DNA of 64,000 bases from Camelus dromedarius (lineage: Eukaryota), in assembly GCF_036321535.1 (NCBI RefSeq), contig NC_087442.1:29512001-29576000 (forward strand), read 5' to 3'. Made by a program: the position numbers and the translations under genes. The notes beneath the pieces are model-generated. The model had not been told where the DNA came from. It made no database searches and worked only from the letters and a program-made list of their open reading frames with translations. Below, piece by piece: positions 1-12,656 of this stretch (position 1 is the first letter of the stretch; every line of letters begins with the position of its first letter).

Positions 1-139
1 CCTCAGCATTACCTCTCTGCCTGTGCTGCTAGCCTCCTGCTAGGGAAATCCCCAGAGACCTCAGGCATTGCTCTCACTCCAGGGCCAGGCTTTTCTCTCT
101 GCAGCCCTCAGTTCATTATAACTGAATCATCTGGCTTTT

Positions 140-300
140 CCTGTGCTTCACAAATTTCAATGTGCTTATAGCTCACTCAGAATCTTGTGAAAATACAGAT
201 TGTGATTCACTCGGTCTTGGGTGGGGCTTGAGAATTTGCAGTTCTAACGAGTCCTCAGGTGACATTCCTCCTGTTGATCTCCCACCACAGTGTGAATAAG
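140..300. mobile_element. MER5-like hAT DNA transposon relic (approximate)
   Basis: Motifs gaatcttgtgaaaatacagatt...gggtggggcttgagaatttgcagttctaac typical of MER5A. Confidence 0.55.
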
Positions 301-670
301 GAAGGTTCTTGTAACACACTAGGCAAGGGATTCACCAGGACAAACAGGGAAGGCTGAGGACATGGTCAAGTTCTACCACACGTCTTGGGGCATTTGGCAC
401 TCCAAGCGGAGTCTGGGCTGGGCTGGGGCTTTGCACATCAGGTCCTTTTTGTGACCTGCTGCTGTGAGCTGCAGGAGTCAGGGCTGCATTATAATGTTGG
501 TGGGCCGCAGACATGTTTGCCTTTGTGGACTCCTTCCTCCACTAGCAAAAAAAAAAAAAAGTTGAAAGTTACATTTTATGATTGTGTTGGTACAAAAATG
601 CATATCATCCAGGCTGAATTTATTATCATATAAAATGTAAGATGAGTAAACAGAAAACTCAGTTAAATAG

Positions 671-962
671 TGTTGGGAGACCAGCAGGGGGAGCTCTCAT
701 GCCCTGTGACATAGCTGAGTCCAGCTAGGAGGAGGAAAGACTCTTCTTTCCTGGCAAGGACTCAGCCAGTGAAAAGCTGAGGGCTCTTTGTTTCCTAGAG
801 CCCTCCCAGTTTTCTTTTCCACTTTATAAAAGCACTCTCCTTTGCTTGCCTTGTGGGAACTTAAACATGGTTGCAGACCCTGAATTCCAATTCTCTGCTG
901 ATTCCAAATAAATCCATCTTTGCTGGAGAAATATCTGGCAGTCTATTTGTGTAAGGTCAACA
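671..962 (+). mobile_element. Solo ERV LTR, copy 1 (family not assigned)
   Basis: Starts TGTTGG, ends TCAACA; TATA-like tataaaa and AATAAA inside; clearly homologous to copy 2 at ~8819-9109. Confidence 0.75.
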
Positions 963-2719
963 ACATTAATATACATGTATTTTTTTTCCTTCTGATTTTA
1001 AAAGAAATGAAAATGAACACATTTTGATGTGGCCCTAAAAGTTTCATGGGCCTAGGCACTGTGCCTACTGTGTCTAACGTGAAAGTCATCCCTTGTGGGC
1101 CTGCCTGTTGGACCAACCACACACATCTGCTGTGAAAAAAGTACTTCTCGAGCCTGGAGCTGTCTAAATTCCTAAGAAGGATAAAAATATTTCCTAACTG
1201 CCTTAAATTTGCAAAGCATCATCCTTTCTGCGGCACTACATTAATATTCAGCACAGGAATTAATTCAATTTGTTCATTCTCCTCCCTGCTGCTTTCCAAA
1301 TTGTGCTCATTTGGATTTATCATGAATTAAAGAAAAGGGTATAATATTTTAATGTCTATGCCCTTAATTACAAAAAGAGGAGCTTTGAGACTCTTACTCT
1401 GGGAAGGACTTGATTACCTTTTAGTCCAGGGCCTGTAGTTCTCTTCTGTTTCCATCTAGAGGTATTTTGACCTTACAGTTACCATAATATATAAAACAGA
1501 TGCACGTGGAGCTGCTCTGGCTGACGTGGGGGCTGGGGTCTTGCCTGAGTAGCTAGTCCTCCATACTCCACCCTCCCCACCCAGGACACCTCTGAGGCAT
1601 ACCACAACTCTGCGGGAAGCCAGTTTTAGGAGCCATCAATTGAATCCACAACCCCCACCACACTTCACCTATAAGGGACCGGAGGGCCAGAGAGTGTGAT
1701 TGTGTCTTCTGTTTTTTTAAATCATAAATTTTGATGTGTTTCCAGGTATTAGAATTAGCCTGCTTATTCTAGAATTAGAATAAAATTAGCCAGCCTATTA
1801 GCTTGGATACTTGCCCTCCTTCCAGACAGAATGGTTAGTCACTTTGCTACTCAGAATGGTTTTGATCCCAGAACCACACCCTGATTTCCTGGAGAAAAAA
1901 AGAAACACCGGAATGGAATTGTCAAGGCAAACAATGCCCTGCTACCCAGGAAGAGATATTAATAGCACTTAGGTACTAAGAACAACTTGGGTCAAGCCCA
2001 GTTCTAAACGCTTGACTCTGGTTAACTCTATAAGCTTTTTACGGCAGTGCCATGAGGTGGGTGCCATCTTTTCCATGCTTAAGGCACGCAGAGTTTCAGT
2101 ATCTTTTCCGGGTTTCCTGGTTACTCAGCTGTGGCGTCAGATCATGGGTCCAGCCAGTGTGCCTCTACGGTCTGGTTATTAAACTGTTACGGTGATAGAT
2201 CTAAAAGTTCCTATCCCAGTATTGACATTTTCTGCTTCAGAGAACAGATGTTTTCCCCCTTTATTTTCTACTTAGCTTCTGCTGCCTGTCCAAGAAATTG
2301 AGAAGTCCTCAAAATCTTTCCTTGTCTACTGATAACTGTACAACTTACTCTCTCAAAACTCATCTGCAGACAAGAACTTCAGGTCATGATCTTATTTCCT
2401 AATTTTGTGCTCATGGGAAGCGATTATACTATAGAACAGTCTTGGGGGCTCAGGGTGGAGTCACAGTGAGAGCCAGGGTTAGGCTGTCTCTGGTTCTCAG
2501 AACCCTTGCCATCTGTCACCCCACAGCCTTCTCCACCAAGGCATGCACTCCATGCCTAGATGCTATGTTGGCATCCCAGCACTGAGTCCTCCCAGCTTGA
2601 CTAGTGTGTCAAGCTGCATTTCTGCCCAGATGGCTGTATAATGCAGAGTTCCTGTCACCACTGAGGTTGATGCTTTCCCATCTCTGGAAAGCAGCAAGTG
2701 TTCAGACAGAAGACAGCCT

Positions 2720-2925
2720 CTGGGGCCAAGCTGCTTAAATCCAATGCTTGTCCTATTACTAGTTGGAGACGTTGAGTAAGTGATTTACTTCCCCTGAGAC
2801 TCGGTTTTCTTACTAATAAAGTGGAAATAATTGTAGTATCCACCTCATTTAGCTGTTGTGCAGGATGATTAAGACATATAAAGCACTTAAAACAGTGCCT
2901 GGTTCATAGTGAAAAATTAATAAAG
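2720..2925 (+). mobile_element. MIR SINE relic (approximate)
   Basis: MIR core (gtaagtgatttacttcccctgagactcggttttctt...gaaataatt) and tail. Confidence 0.6.
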
Positions 2926-3014
2926 AGCATTTAGTATGACTAGACAGTTGGCAGCAGGAGAAAAAACAAAGTGATTTCTTGTTATCCTATGAACATTTCA
3001 AGACTAGAATTCTT

Positions 3015-3152
3015 TTTTTCAAATTTTTTTTTGGGGGAGGTAATTAGGTTTATTTATTTATGTATATATTTTAATGGAGGTACTGGGGGTTGAACCCAGG
3101 ATCTTGTGCATGCTAAGCACACACTCTACAATTGAGCTATACCCTCCCCACC
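3015..3152 (-). mobile_element. Young camelid-type tRNA-derived SINE with 18-bp TSD
   Basis: Reverse strand reads ggggagggtatagctcaattgtagag...cctgggttcaacccccagtacctcc...aaacctaattacctcccc + A tail; perfect TSD ttcaagactagaattctt at 2997-3014 and 3153-3170. Confidence 0.9.
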
Positions 3153-3654
3153 TTCAAGACTAGAATTCTTGAGGTATCTTTCACTGTCTTATTGGACCCT
3201 CTTCCATTGTATAATTAAAGGAACACAGATCTCTCAGACTTAGAATAAAAATCCTCTTCCACATTTGTCCCTTATAGTTGGTGGGGGAAAAACAAAGGCC
3301 CAATTTGCAACATTAGCTTTCTTGGAGATGTCAAACTAACACACCCTCTGACGCTGACTCCACTATGGCTGTTAATCAGAGTCTGGGTAAGTATTATCCA
3401 GTCACATCTGATTCACTGGTTTCAACTCCACCAGCAGAAAACCCACGTATTACTCTATGGACAGACACTCCCAACTCAGCGTTCAGCTTTCTCCCTCATC
3501 CTACCTCATCATGTTAGGTTGACTTTGTCCTGTCTTGTCAGATCCTGTACCACTTCTAAATGATTCCCTTTTATAGCCTGACCTTCCTGCCATACCCACT
3601 TTCTTTTCTTTAAGACAATTTTTATTGTGAAAAATACCACACATAAACTGGTGC

Positions 3655-4082
3655 TGTGGTAGACGTTGTGATGTGCTGCCCAGTACCTTTCAGAATAAAG
3701 ACCTAGTCCCAACTGCTAGGAGCATGGACAGCAAAAAGCCCTCAGTTTTTAGGCCCCCATGTGGATGGTCTCAGCTGAAGAGAGCTGCTTTGCTCAAGGC
3801 CAAGACCTTCTCCCAAGGGTGGCTTGCATTCAATGACTACTCAGTGTAGATACATAAAGACCTTTCCCTCATAACCAGATCAGGACAACTCTAGAGGGTC
3901 ATCCTTGCTTCAAAGCTCCCAGTACAGATGGCTGAGACCTCCACTAAGACTGCAGTGCAGATCAACTTCTTACTCTGTCCAATCTTGCTTCCTTCAGTTC
4001 CCTTCCATAGTTGTTTGTTCCACTGACACTGCCAAATAAATCTCTTGAATGATCATCTCCATCTCAGAGGCCGCTTGTGACA
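3655..4082 (+). mobile_element. LTR16-like ERVL solo LTR
   Basis: TG...CA ends; blocks tgtgatgtgctgcccag, ctcagctgaagagagc, ggacaactct, aataaa..ctccatctcagag resemble LTR16A as recalled. Confidence 0.7.
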
Positions 4083-4129
4083 TGTATACAATACTTTATA
4101 CTATAAACCATGGTACCTATTTCACTTTA

Positions 4130-4438
4130 CAAATTGCACTTTTTTTGGAAGGAAGTCACAATGCTTTGACCATACACAGGGAGTGGGAAGTTATTCTCTA
4201 CCACTTTAAGGGAGAAGTAGTTTATATAAATTATTTGGAATTCTGCATGTAAGATTTGTCTTTTTTTGCTCCATTTATTTACTGATTAAACCAATCATTT
4301 ATATTAGTATCAATTTATGGATTAAAAAACTACTTTGGGTTATAATTAATACCACTATTTTGTTGCTTAAATTGTTTCAGCTTTGTTCATTGAGAACTCC
4401 TTCAGTTGGCTCCTGTGTTCCTCCTTATTGTGGGATGG

Positions 4439-4477
<39 letters not shown>

Positions 4478-4640
4478 AGCATTTTCTTGCTTTCTATCCC
4501 TACAAGATGCTTCAGGCTCACCTTGTATATTTCCTGCCTTAGTCCTAGACTCAGCCATTTCTTCAAAGATCTCTGGTTCCTTTTTTATTGAAGAATGGTA
4601 TTAGAAAACAAGACTTGGGTTCTGGGTGTGCAGGTAGATT
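4130..4640 (-). mobile_element. Old L1M 3'-end fragment (approximate)
   Basis: L1MC-type 3'UTR wording (ccatacacagggagtgggaagtt, cctagactcagccatttcttcaaagat); contains the (TG)17 repeat. Confidence 0.55.
4440..4473. repeat. (TG)17 microsatellite
   Basis: Direct read. Confidence 0.97.
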
Positions 4641-4894
4641 TTTTTTTATTACCATTTTCTCTATTTTATGTTGGCTAAGTCCTAGGGTTAGGGCTAGCTT
4701 TTCCTAGGATAATTAAGTGAAACCTGCTCATCACAAAAAATGAATACTGTGAAACAATCTACCTATGGAGGTGTCATATTGGTTAGTTGTACTTCTATCA
4801 GAATATAGGATGGACAGGAAAGCAAGTGAAATTGTAAACAGCTTTGGATCCTGCAGTTCCTCTTCTTTCCATATAAACAAATACTCCTATTGAC

Positions 4895-5050
4895 CAGTGG
4901 TCTATAGTGTTGGCTGCACATCACAATAACTTGGGAAGAGATCCCTATCTCTGCCCTCAGAAATTCTGTTTTAATTGGTTTTAGGTGAAATATATATTTT
5001 TAAAATGTTCCCCAGGTGATTACAGTGTGCAAATAGAACTGAAAACCACT
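4895..5050. mobile_element. MER5A-like hAT relic (approximate)
   Basis: ccagtggt...ggctgcacatcacaataacttggg...ccccaggtgattacagtgtgca...gaaaaccact. Confidence 0.6.
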
Positions 5051-6304
5051 ATTGTAAACCATGTGCCAATTATTTTGACCCAAAATAATTATGATTTTAT
5101 TTTGTAAAAAATGTGCTTATTTTTAATGATTATTCTATGTTTATCAAGGTAAACTGAGATCAAGAAAGCATACATAACAATGAAAATAGTAAGATGTGTC
5201 TTCTCAGCAGCTTCTCTTCACTAAGAGGTTGCCTTACCCAACGATCTTGAAAATGAATCAGTCAGTTCTTCGGGGGCACTCTTTCTTTTTTTCAGTTTGT
5301 TAGTCTTCTACTTTGTCTTTTTTATGCTATAGATTGTTATATTCTTTAGCAATCTATGTTCAATTCTGATATGTTCAAGACCAAGCAAATTACACATGTT
5401 CAGAATGTCTTGTTTGATTTTTGCTTTTTCACTGAATTAGGAATATATGTTAGTGATAACAGGGACACTGATCATCTCATATTCATCTGAAAACCACCCC
5501 CGAAAGCCAAAAACCTCCTTCCTAGGCTGCCTCCATAGGTGGTAACCGGTAATACATGTTTCCCCTCTGTCACTTATGGCCAAAAGTTTGATTTTTTTAT
5601 CCCCTACTCTCCTCCAAATCAAACCACCCAACAAACTGCACAGACTGACTGGATTAATCATCTCCAGGCTGGTACAGTCCTGTATGATGATCCTCAGAAT
5701 CACTATGACAAAAGCCTGAAAAGTGACTAATGGTTAATTGCTAGATGAGTAGAGCCTTTCGGGAAGTAATGGACAATTTTGTTACAGTGATGTTTCCTTT
5801 GACATTTTTGGCTTTAAGTATGTGGCATCAAAAGGAAAAGCATTACTAATTCAGGAAGAGAAACAGTCCTCAATGAAAAACATGAAGAACAAGTAACAGT
5901 TGTCAGAGACTTTCTACACATGAAAAAATGTGTATATTTGTTCTAATGCATTCTGTTATATGTTATGTCATTCAAACAACACTAAGACTATGGGCTTTGA
6001 AATCACACTGCATAGATTCAAATATTTGGCTCCATAACTTATTTCAGTCAAATCCCTTAATCTCTGTGAGCCTCAGTCTACTCATCTATTAAACAGGGCA
6101 GTAATATTAGGCTGAAATTGTCATTTCTGTAGGTCATAAACAGTCAAGTATCAGCAATTTTCTAGGTTAAACTTGGTAATTCCTACTTCATAAGGTTCTT
6201 TTTTTTCAAGCAAATAACACTCAAATACATTTAACCAAACCTAAAATATTTTCTCCCACTTTCTATTATTTATTTACTTAAAACATTAAAAAAAATTTAA
6301 TACA

Positions 6305-6425
6305 ATTTTAAAGGTTACTTTCCATTTACAGTATTTACAAAATATTGGTTATATTCCCCATGCTGTACAATATATCCTTGAATCTACCTTACGTCCAATA
6401 GTTTGTACCTCCCACTCCCTTGCCT
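6305..6425 (-). mobile_element. L1 3'UTR fragment (approximate)
   Basis: tacaaaatattggttatattccccatgctgtacaatatatccttg...tagtttgtacctc, typical cetartiodactyl L1 tail. Confidence 0.6.
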
Positions 6426-8138
6426 TCCACGTACTTAACAAATATTTTCCTCTTCCAAAGAGAATGCAGGGCAGTACATACAATCTGTAGTGTTATGTTA
6501 TGCTTGCAATAGAAAACTGTTTGATTTATGTGTTTGAAATCTACCTGCCACTGGTTAGTTCCTGAAAATCTGACAAACTAACAGAGCCGATTGAATAATG
6601 AGAATAAATTTTTGCATGGGAGAAAACGTCCTCGGTGCTTTTAACATGAATTTTATAAATATTTTTAAAAGCTTTCTTTTTACCTCTTCACTTCTCCTCT
6701 CCATTTTCTCTAGCACTAATAATATTATCTTAAACTTAGTGTTTCTAATTTTACTCTTTCCCCATCTTTCTCCTCATTATTATGTATTGGTTCACTCCTG
6801 AAATTTTTGGTAAAATTAAGTATCTATATTATTCCTTAGAAATAAAATGAAGCAAAAACAAAGAGGAAACAGCTCATCTACTTAGGCAAAGAACAAACTG
6901 GAGTTGTCTGCTGGAGGAGTAGAATGTTCTCAGAGGGCCATCTGTAGTTCCTCATTTTTTTTTCCTTTATCAACTTACTTCTACATAAGCACAGTTTCCC
7001 TGCTTAACCAGGAGGTGGTCAACCACCATATAACCTAAAGCCAATACCATATAACTTATCTTTTCTTTGTACACATGTAACTTTTCTTCATAACACGGCA
7101 TCTTACCTGGGCCCCAGCTACCAGCCACATATGGGTGAAGTTAGGTAAGAGCCTCCTGGAGTCCTCTGTGTCCTGGAGCAGATAAGCTTCCTTGGACACC
7201 ATGACAGCCTGTGCTTCACCACTTAGTAGCTGCATGACCTTGGGAGAGTTACTTAATGTCCTTGTACCTCAGTTTTCCTTATCCATCAATTAAATTAGTA
7301 TGATGAAGTACTTGCCTTAGAGGGCTTTTAATGAGAAAATACCTGTCAAGCACTTAATAAATGTTAATGATGACAGGGATGGTTATGATAATGATAACAA
7401 TGAAGAAAATATTCCCAGGCCACTTAAACAGATTTTCCACTATATCTCTTAATTTGTTTGAGTCCCAGGAGTGTCAGTGGAGAGAACTTGGCTTATGGCC
7501 ATATTTGGCATTTAGTCATATAGAGAAACGTTTGTTGTACTCATGGGAGAATGGTTTAGGGAAGCCAGATTAAAGGGTGGGCAATGGGATCTCTCAAATA
7601 AAAATCTTCTAATGGAGTAGAAAGTTCATTAGGCTTAGGTCACTCAGGCCAAAGTCTGGGTTAGACAGTAAAAGAAGGTTCCAAATATAATGTATGGCTG
7701 CATGTGAGTGCACTCTGACCAGTGTCAACCCTGCCAGGCTGCTATATATGACAGAATTGTATCTTTAAAGGGTCCAAAGAACTCTGCAGTAAGAATCCTT
7801 CCAAAGAACTCAACAAGGAAGAGAGAAGGAAACATTAATTAGTCACTGCCTTCTGGGAACCCACAATTAAGAATAGACATACATGGGACATATAGATAGA
7901 CAAAAGAAACACGAATGTATGAAGTAATGATCTATTTACATGGTATATAAATAAAAATTAAAGGTATTTTAGAAATGGAGCCTATAAGATTACCAAATGA
8001 ATATTAGTTATGGTGAAAGACAGATGTCAGCTCTCATTTGGAAGTAGTGAGCTTGGAACAAATTTATTTTAGAGTTTGGGGCAATTTCATTGTAGGGCTT
8101 GACCTAGTTTAGATTATCATTGGAGGTTGGATCAAGGG

Positions 8139-8500
8139 TCTTATGGGTTGGATTGTGTCCCTCAAAAATTTATATGGAAGTCCTAACCCCCAGCACCTGT
8201 AATGGTAACTTTGGAAACCAGGTTTTTGTAGATATAATCAAGTTAAGAGGATGTAACTAGGTTGGGTACTAATCCAGTATGATCGCTGTCTTTGGAGGAA
8301 AAGGAAAACATGTGAAGAGAGACACACAGGGTGAACATTATGTGATGACAGAGGCAGGGGCTGGAGAAATGGCAGCTGTTAACCACGGAACACCAAGGAG
8401 TGATGGCTACCACCAGAAGCTAGAAAGAGGCAAGGAAGGCTTCTACTCAGAGTTTTGGAGCATAACCCTGTGGACACCTTGGTTTTGGACTTCTAGCTGA
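8139..8500 (+). mobile_element. MLT1 (MaLR) LTR (approximate)
   Basis: atgggttggattgtgtccctcaaaaat...gaagtcctaaccccc...ccaccagaagctagaaagaggcaagg...ttttggacttctag. Confidence 0.8.
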
Positions 8501-8818
8501 CATTTTAAAAGGCATTCTAGGTTTTCTAAGATTTTCTCACACTTTCATTGAACATGAAAATGTAGGGTGGTCTCATTCAGTCAGGTCCCATGTAAGGCAT
8601 TATAAGCGAAGCCCACCCCAAGCTAGGAATCCTGGATTTGCTTTTAATCTTTGATGCTTTTGCAGGTCATTAGCTCATGAGTACTCACTTTGTCACTGCA
8701 AGGTAAGTACAAAACAAAGACTGTTTTTCTTTGGAGATTGAGAATCATCTTGAACCCCAGCGACTCTTGAGGTTTAATCTATAAAAATTAATAAACAGAA
8801 ACCTCAATTAAATACAGC

Positions 8819-9109
8819 TGGAAGACCAAAAAGGGGAGCTCCTATGCCCTGTGATGGCTGCAGAGCCCAACAGGAAGAAGGCAGGCTCCTTCCTGGCAAG
8901 GACTCAGGAGATGAAAGACCATGGACTCTTCATTTACTACAGTCCTCCCAACTTCCTTTTCCCCTCTACAAAAGAGTTCTCCTCCCCTTGCCCTGCGGGA
9001 AGCTGTCTGTGGCTCACCATGGTTGCAGACCCCAAATGGCAATTCTCTGCTGATCCCAAATAAACTCATCTTTGCTGAGAAATATCTGGCAGTCTGTTTT
9101 AGGTTAACA
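8819..9109 (+). mobile_element. Solo ERV LTR, copy 2 (same family as 671-962)
   Basis: Shared blocks cctggcaaggactcag, catggttgcagaccc, caattctctgctgat, aaataaa, catctttgctg, gaaatatctggcagtct. Confidence 0.75.
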
Positions 9110-11359
9110 GTCCTGATTATGTACATAGCATGATCCTCTTTTTTATTTAAAAGCCCTAAAATCAACATACATGCATGAAAATACGGAAGTGACAACATCT
9201 ATTGAAACAAGATTGTACTGGAGAAGATTGTACTGGAGAAGATCTGCAAGAATGCTAGCTTTTAGAAAATTACATCTTGACATATTTTACACATAGGAAG
9301 CATACATTACTTAGGTAATACAAAGTCTAATTAGAACAAATTAAAAAATGTTTTTCTTTAGCAGTGGCTAATTTACACATTCACTCTCCCAAAGCCCATT
9401 GATTGAGGAAACACTGATCAGATGTCTGGAGGCACCCAACAGTGAAGCTGTCAGTCCTGTTTAGAAATCAAACCTCTGACTTTGGTCTCAACAGCACAAA
9501 GCTCCAAATGATTTAATACCCACCGTTTACACATAATCATAGCAAACTCAGAGTCTACTTGCAAATTGTATAACTATGCATTAATATAGGATCACATACC
9601 TCCTTAATTAAGCATGATTTAACTATTTGATTGTTAGCCTCTTAATTCATAAAAATTATGACATTTGAATTTCAGTATAGTGTGAGGCTAGAACTATAAA
9701 ATCTCAACCTGAGATATAATAAATGTAATTGCCTTTTTTTCTGCTGATTTACTGGTGTTCTTTAAAAATTTGAGTGTGATGTCATTTAAGCCATATCTGC
9801 TATTGTCACAACCACCTATAGGTTTCAGATTAGTAAAGTCTTTGAAATACGACTCTTCTCAGCAGAAAGGAATCTGCAGCACTTGGCATAAAGAATATAA
9901 TCTCTGGCCTTTCTGTGGCTAGATTTACAGCTGTGACCTTAGGCTCTATTTCTTTTGGAGTGTAGTCACTTTAAGTTACCAGTGATGATTGCTTTAAGTT
10001 ACTAGGTCACTGTGAATTGCCTAATATAATGTCAGATTCGTGCTTCCCAAGGGCTGGGCAGTATTAGGGACACGAAACAAAGTGAATTTTAATGTCTGCA
10101 GAAGGCAGTGCTCTGATATATGAGCTACCTCAGTAACAATGAATTTCCACGGCAGCACACTTTAACACCAGTTCTTAACCTCTTCCATACTATCCATCCT
10201 TTAATTCGTGAAATATTATGAGTTCACTTTTAATTAGGTAAAATAGTCTGAAACTACCCAGTTAAAGAGATGAAAAGGAAGAATTAAAAGCTAGTTCTAT
10301 CTTAAGGCCAACCTCTTCCTAGAATGATAAAAAGAGAGTTGCATGAGGGATGAAACAAAGCTGCAAAGAGTGCCCTCCAATCTCTTAACTCACCACCACC
10401 TAGAAGTTGAACTGAAGACTTAATCCTGCTGCATTTCCAAAATGAATATTTTGTTTGTTTAAAATTCAGATCTATATCCGGATTGCAAGCAATAAAGGCA
10501 GTTGAAGAATTTGTGTTTTACTGGTTAGACGTTGTCTAGCCTTTAACAGGAGGAAGTCATGTACAAGACCCTTCTTTGATACCCTTCATTTAAATATGTT
10601 GTGAACACTAGATGGCACTCTGGGGTTGCATTTCTAGTCTCCTCCTCCAGTACCAAAGTCTTGCAACATTAATTCCCTCCTTTAAAAAGAGCAAACACAC
10701 TGTTTAAATAAAGGTCCCTGTAGTTGCTCTGTAGTTCTGTTTTTATATTTATAGTCATGTAATCAATATGTTGGGAGAGTAATTAATTTTTAACCTCAGT
10801 CCGTGGGGAGATCAAATGTTAGTGGAGTTAATGGATACAACAGGCTTCATTATTCTAAAGTAACACTAATGATAAAGGCAAGGAAGAAAGTGGAAGGCTG
10901 TAAACAATTGTGCCATCAAACCCCATCATAAAGCAACAGTGCAAAGTGATCACAGGATGCTGCCCTATTGTCACAAAATCTCCTTTAACCCCTTCTAGTG
11001 TAATGAATCTCATTATATGCTGAACTCTCAAATTTCTTAATTTATTATGATTATAGTAATCTATTGCAGTTAGGACTTCTGTCCTTATTTTTCTTTTCTA
11101 ATAAAATTGTAAATGATGTGAGGATTTGTGAATCTTTGCATCTCCTATATTGCTTAACCAACTGCCTCATATAACACTAATAGGGTTCATAAATAAATGT
11201 TGAATTTAATGAAATTAGATAGGATAAAACTGGGTCAAAGGACCTACGGTGGATGGCTCTGTCAGGGATAGTTCATTTTCTTGAATTTATCATTAAAAGA
11301 GGAAGATTAAATGATTATTCCATGAAAAACACTGGTTGATATTGTTTTTGTAGATACAT

Positions 11360-11812
11360 TGTGTAAGAAACTGTTACTTGCTTATCAACATCCCTTCTCC
11401 CCTTCTTCCTTAACAGAACCCTGGTTTTTAGCTGGGCATATTGGGGCCAAAAAATAAAGGACTAAACTCCCCAATTACCCCTTGCATCTAGGTGTAGCTC
11501 TAAGACTGCATTCTGGCTGAAAACAGCAGCTGAAGAGTTTTGCAGGCCTTTTAGGAAGGGTCTTAAAGAATGCTAATTCAGCCTTTCCTACTTCTTCCTG
11601 AAACTCCGGAAGCTATCTGGACCACAAAGGTGACACTGAGGAAACAAGCCAAGCACTGGGATGGTAGAGCAGGAAGATGGGAGTCTGGCGCCCTGACAAC
11701 ACATTGCAGCCCCCAACTACCTGTATCCCAACCCATTTTGTGTAAAAGAAGGAAACTGTTTTCTCATTTAAGCCACACTGTTTTGGAATTTTCTGAACCT
11801 AATCCTGATACA
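11360..11812 (+). mobile_element. Old MLT1-class MaLR LTR (approximate)
   Basis: catcccttctccccttcttcc...gatggtagagcaggaagatgggagtctgg...ttaagccacactg...cctaatcctgataca. Confidence 0.6.
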
Positions 11813-12598
11813 CACAATCTAGATTAATTGTGAATCATTACTTTTTTCATTTTCAGGGATTTTCTGTAAGTATGATAATGATCATATAAACTTATCATCT
11901 AAGTATAAGCAGGAGTTAAGGTGTTCAAAGTGAACAGGTAGGTTCAGAATGTACAGTTTTCTATTCTAAAATCATAGAAGACAAGTTTGGACATAATTTA
12001 TAATTTGTGTTAATTTAGTAATGTAAACTTCAGAGCAAGCTGAATGAAATGGAATTCTTCAGAAGGACGGAAGGAGACCTGCCATTTGGGATTAGTAGTT
12101 GTGATGCATGATGATTTGTGAGTATGTGATCTTTATTCATCCCGTATATTCAGTAGGGACCTAGATAAACTGAGTTACAGTGGCTCACTTCCCTTTTTTA
12201 GAACCAGAGGTTAATTATATTTGGATGGTGGGAGTAGGTGAGCAGGGAGAGGGTTAAAACAAAGGGAAGAAATGAACAATTGCTGAGTATCTTTAACCAG
12301 GTAGTCGTAAAACATACATACTTGTATTTAATCTTTCCAGATGGTAAGTCTGCATTTTATGACGAGGTAAGTAACTCTTTCTCAATCTCAACTGACCTCT
12401 AAACACTGTTCCCCTGAGGCTCCATCCTTTGCTCTCTCTAGCTTTTATCACTAGAAGTCTTTCCTGATCACCCTGTGCTAAATAGTCATTTTAATCTTCA
12501 TCTTATCTTTCTTTTTGTTCCTTTTTAGTCCTTATAGCAATTTGAAATGAACTTTTGTGTATCTATCTCTTCTGTATATCTATCTACACATCCATCCG

Positions 12599-12600
<2 letters not shown>

Positions 12601-12652
<52 letters not shown>
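12601..12652. repeat. (ATCT)13 tetranucleotide STR inside an L2 3' relic
   Basis: Direct read; degenerate ATCC/ATCT units on both sides. Confidence 0.95.

Positions 12653-12656
<4 letters not shown>

Noticed and set aside
2593-2616. Perfect 9-bp inverted repeat cagcttgac/gtcaagctg
   Set aside because: A few such stems are expected by chance in 64 kb.
4367-4604. ORFs with THTH/CVCV runs, and the YLSI-rich ORFs at 12547-12808
   Set aside because: Translations of (TG)n and (ATCT)n microsatellites.
5680-5725. C/D-box snoRNA-like ATGATGA...CTGA
   Set aside because: Boxes are only ~30 nt apart, there is no terminal stem, and the site is intergenic.
7100-7112. U1 snRNA 5'-end-like atcttacctgg
   Set aside because: The match is ~10 nt with no further U1 sequence.
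963-8818. Full-length endogenous retrovirus between the two homologous LTRs
   Set aside because: No primer-binding site, polypurine tract or gag/pol-like ORF; the interval is filled with older MIR, L2, LTR16 and MLT1 relics; the LTRs are visibly diverged from each other.
9209-9243. 15-bp tandem duplication aagattgtactggag x2
   Set aside because: Ordinary slippage duplication with no functional context.
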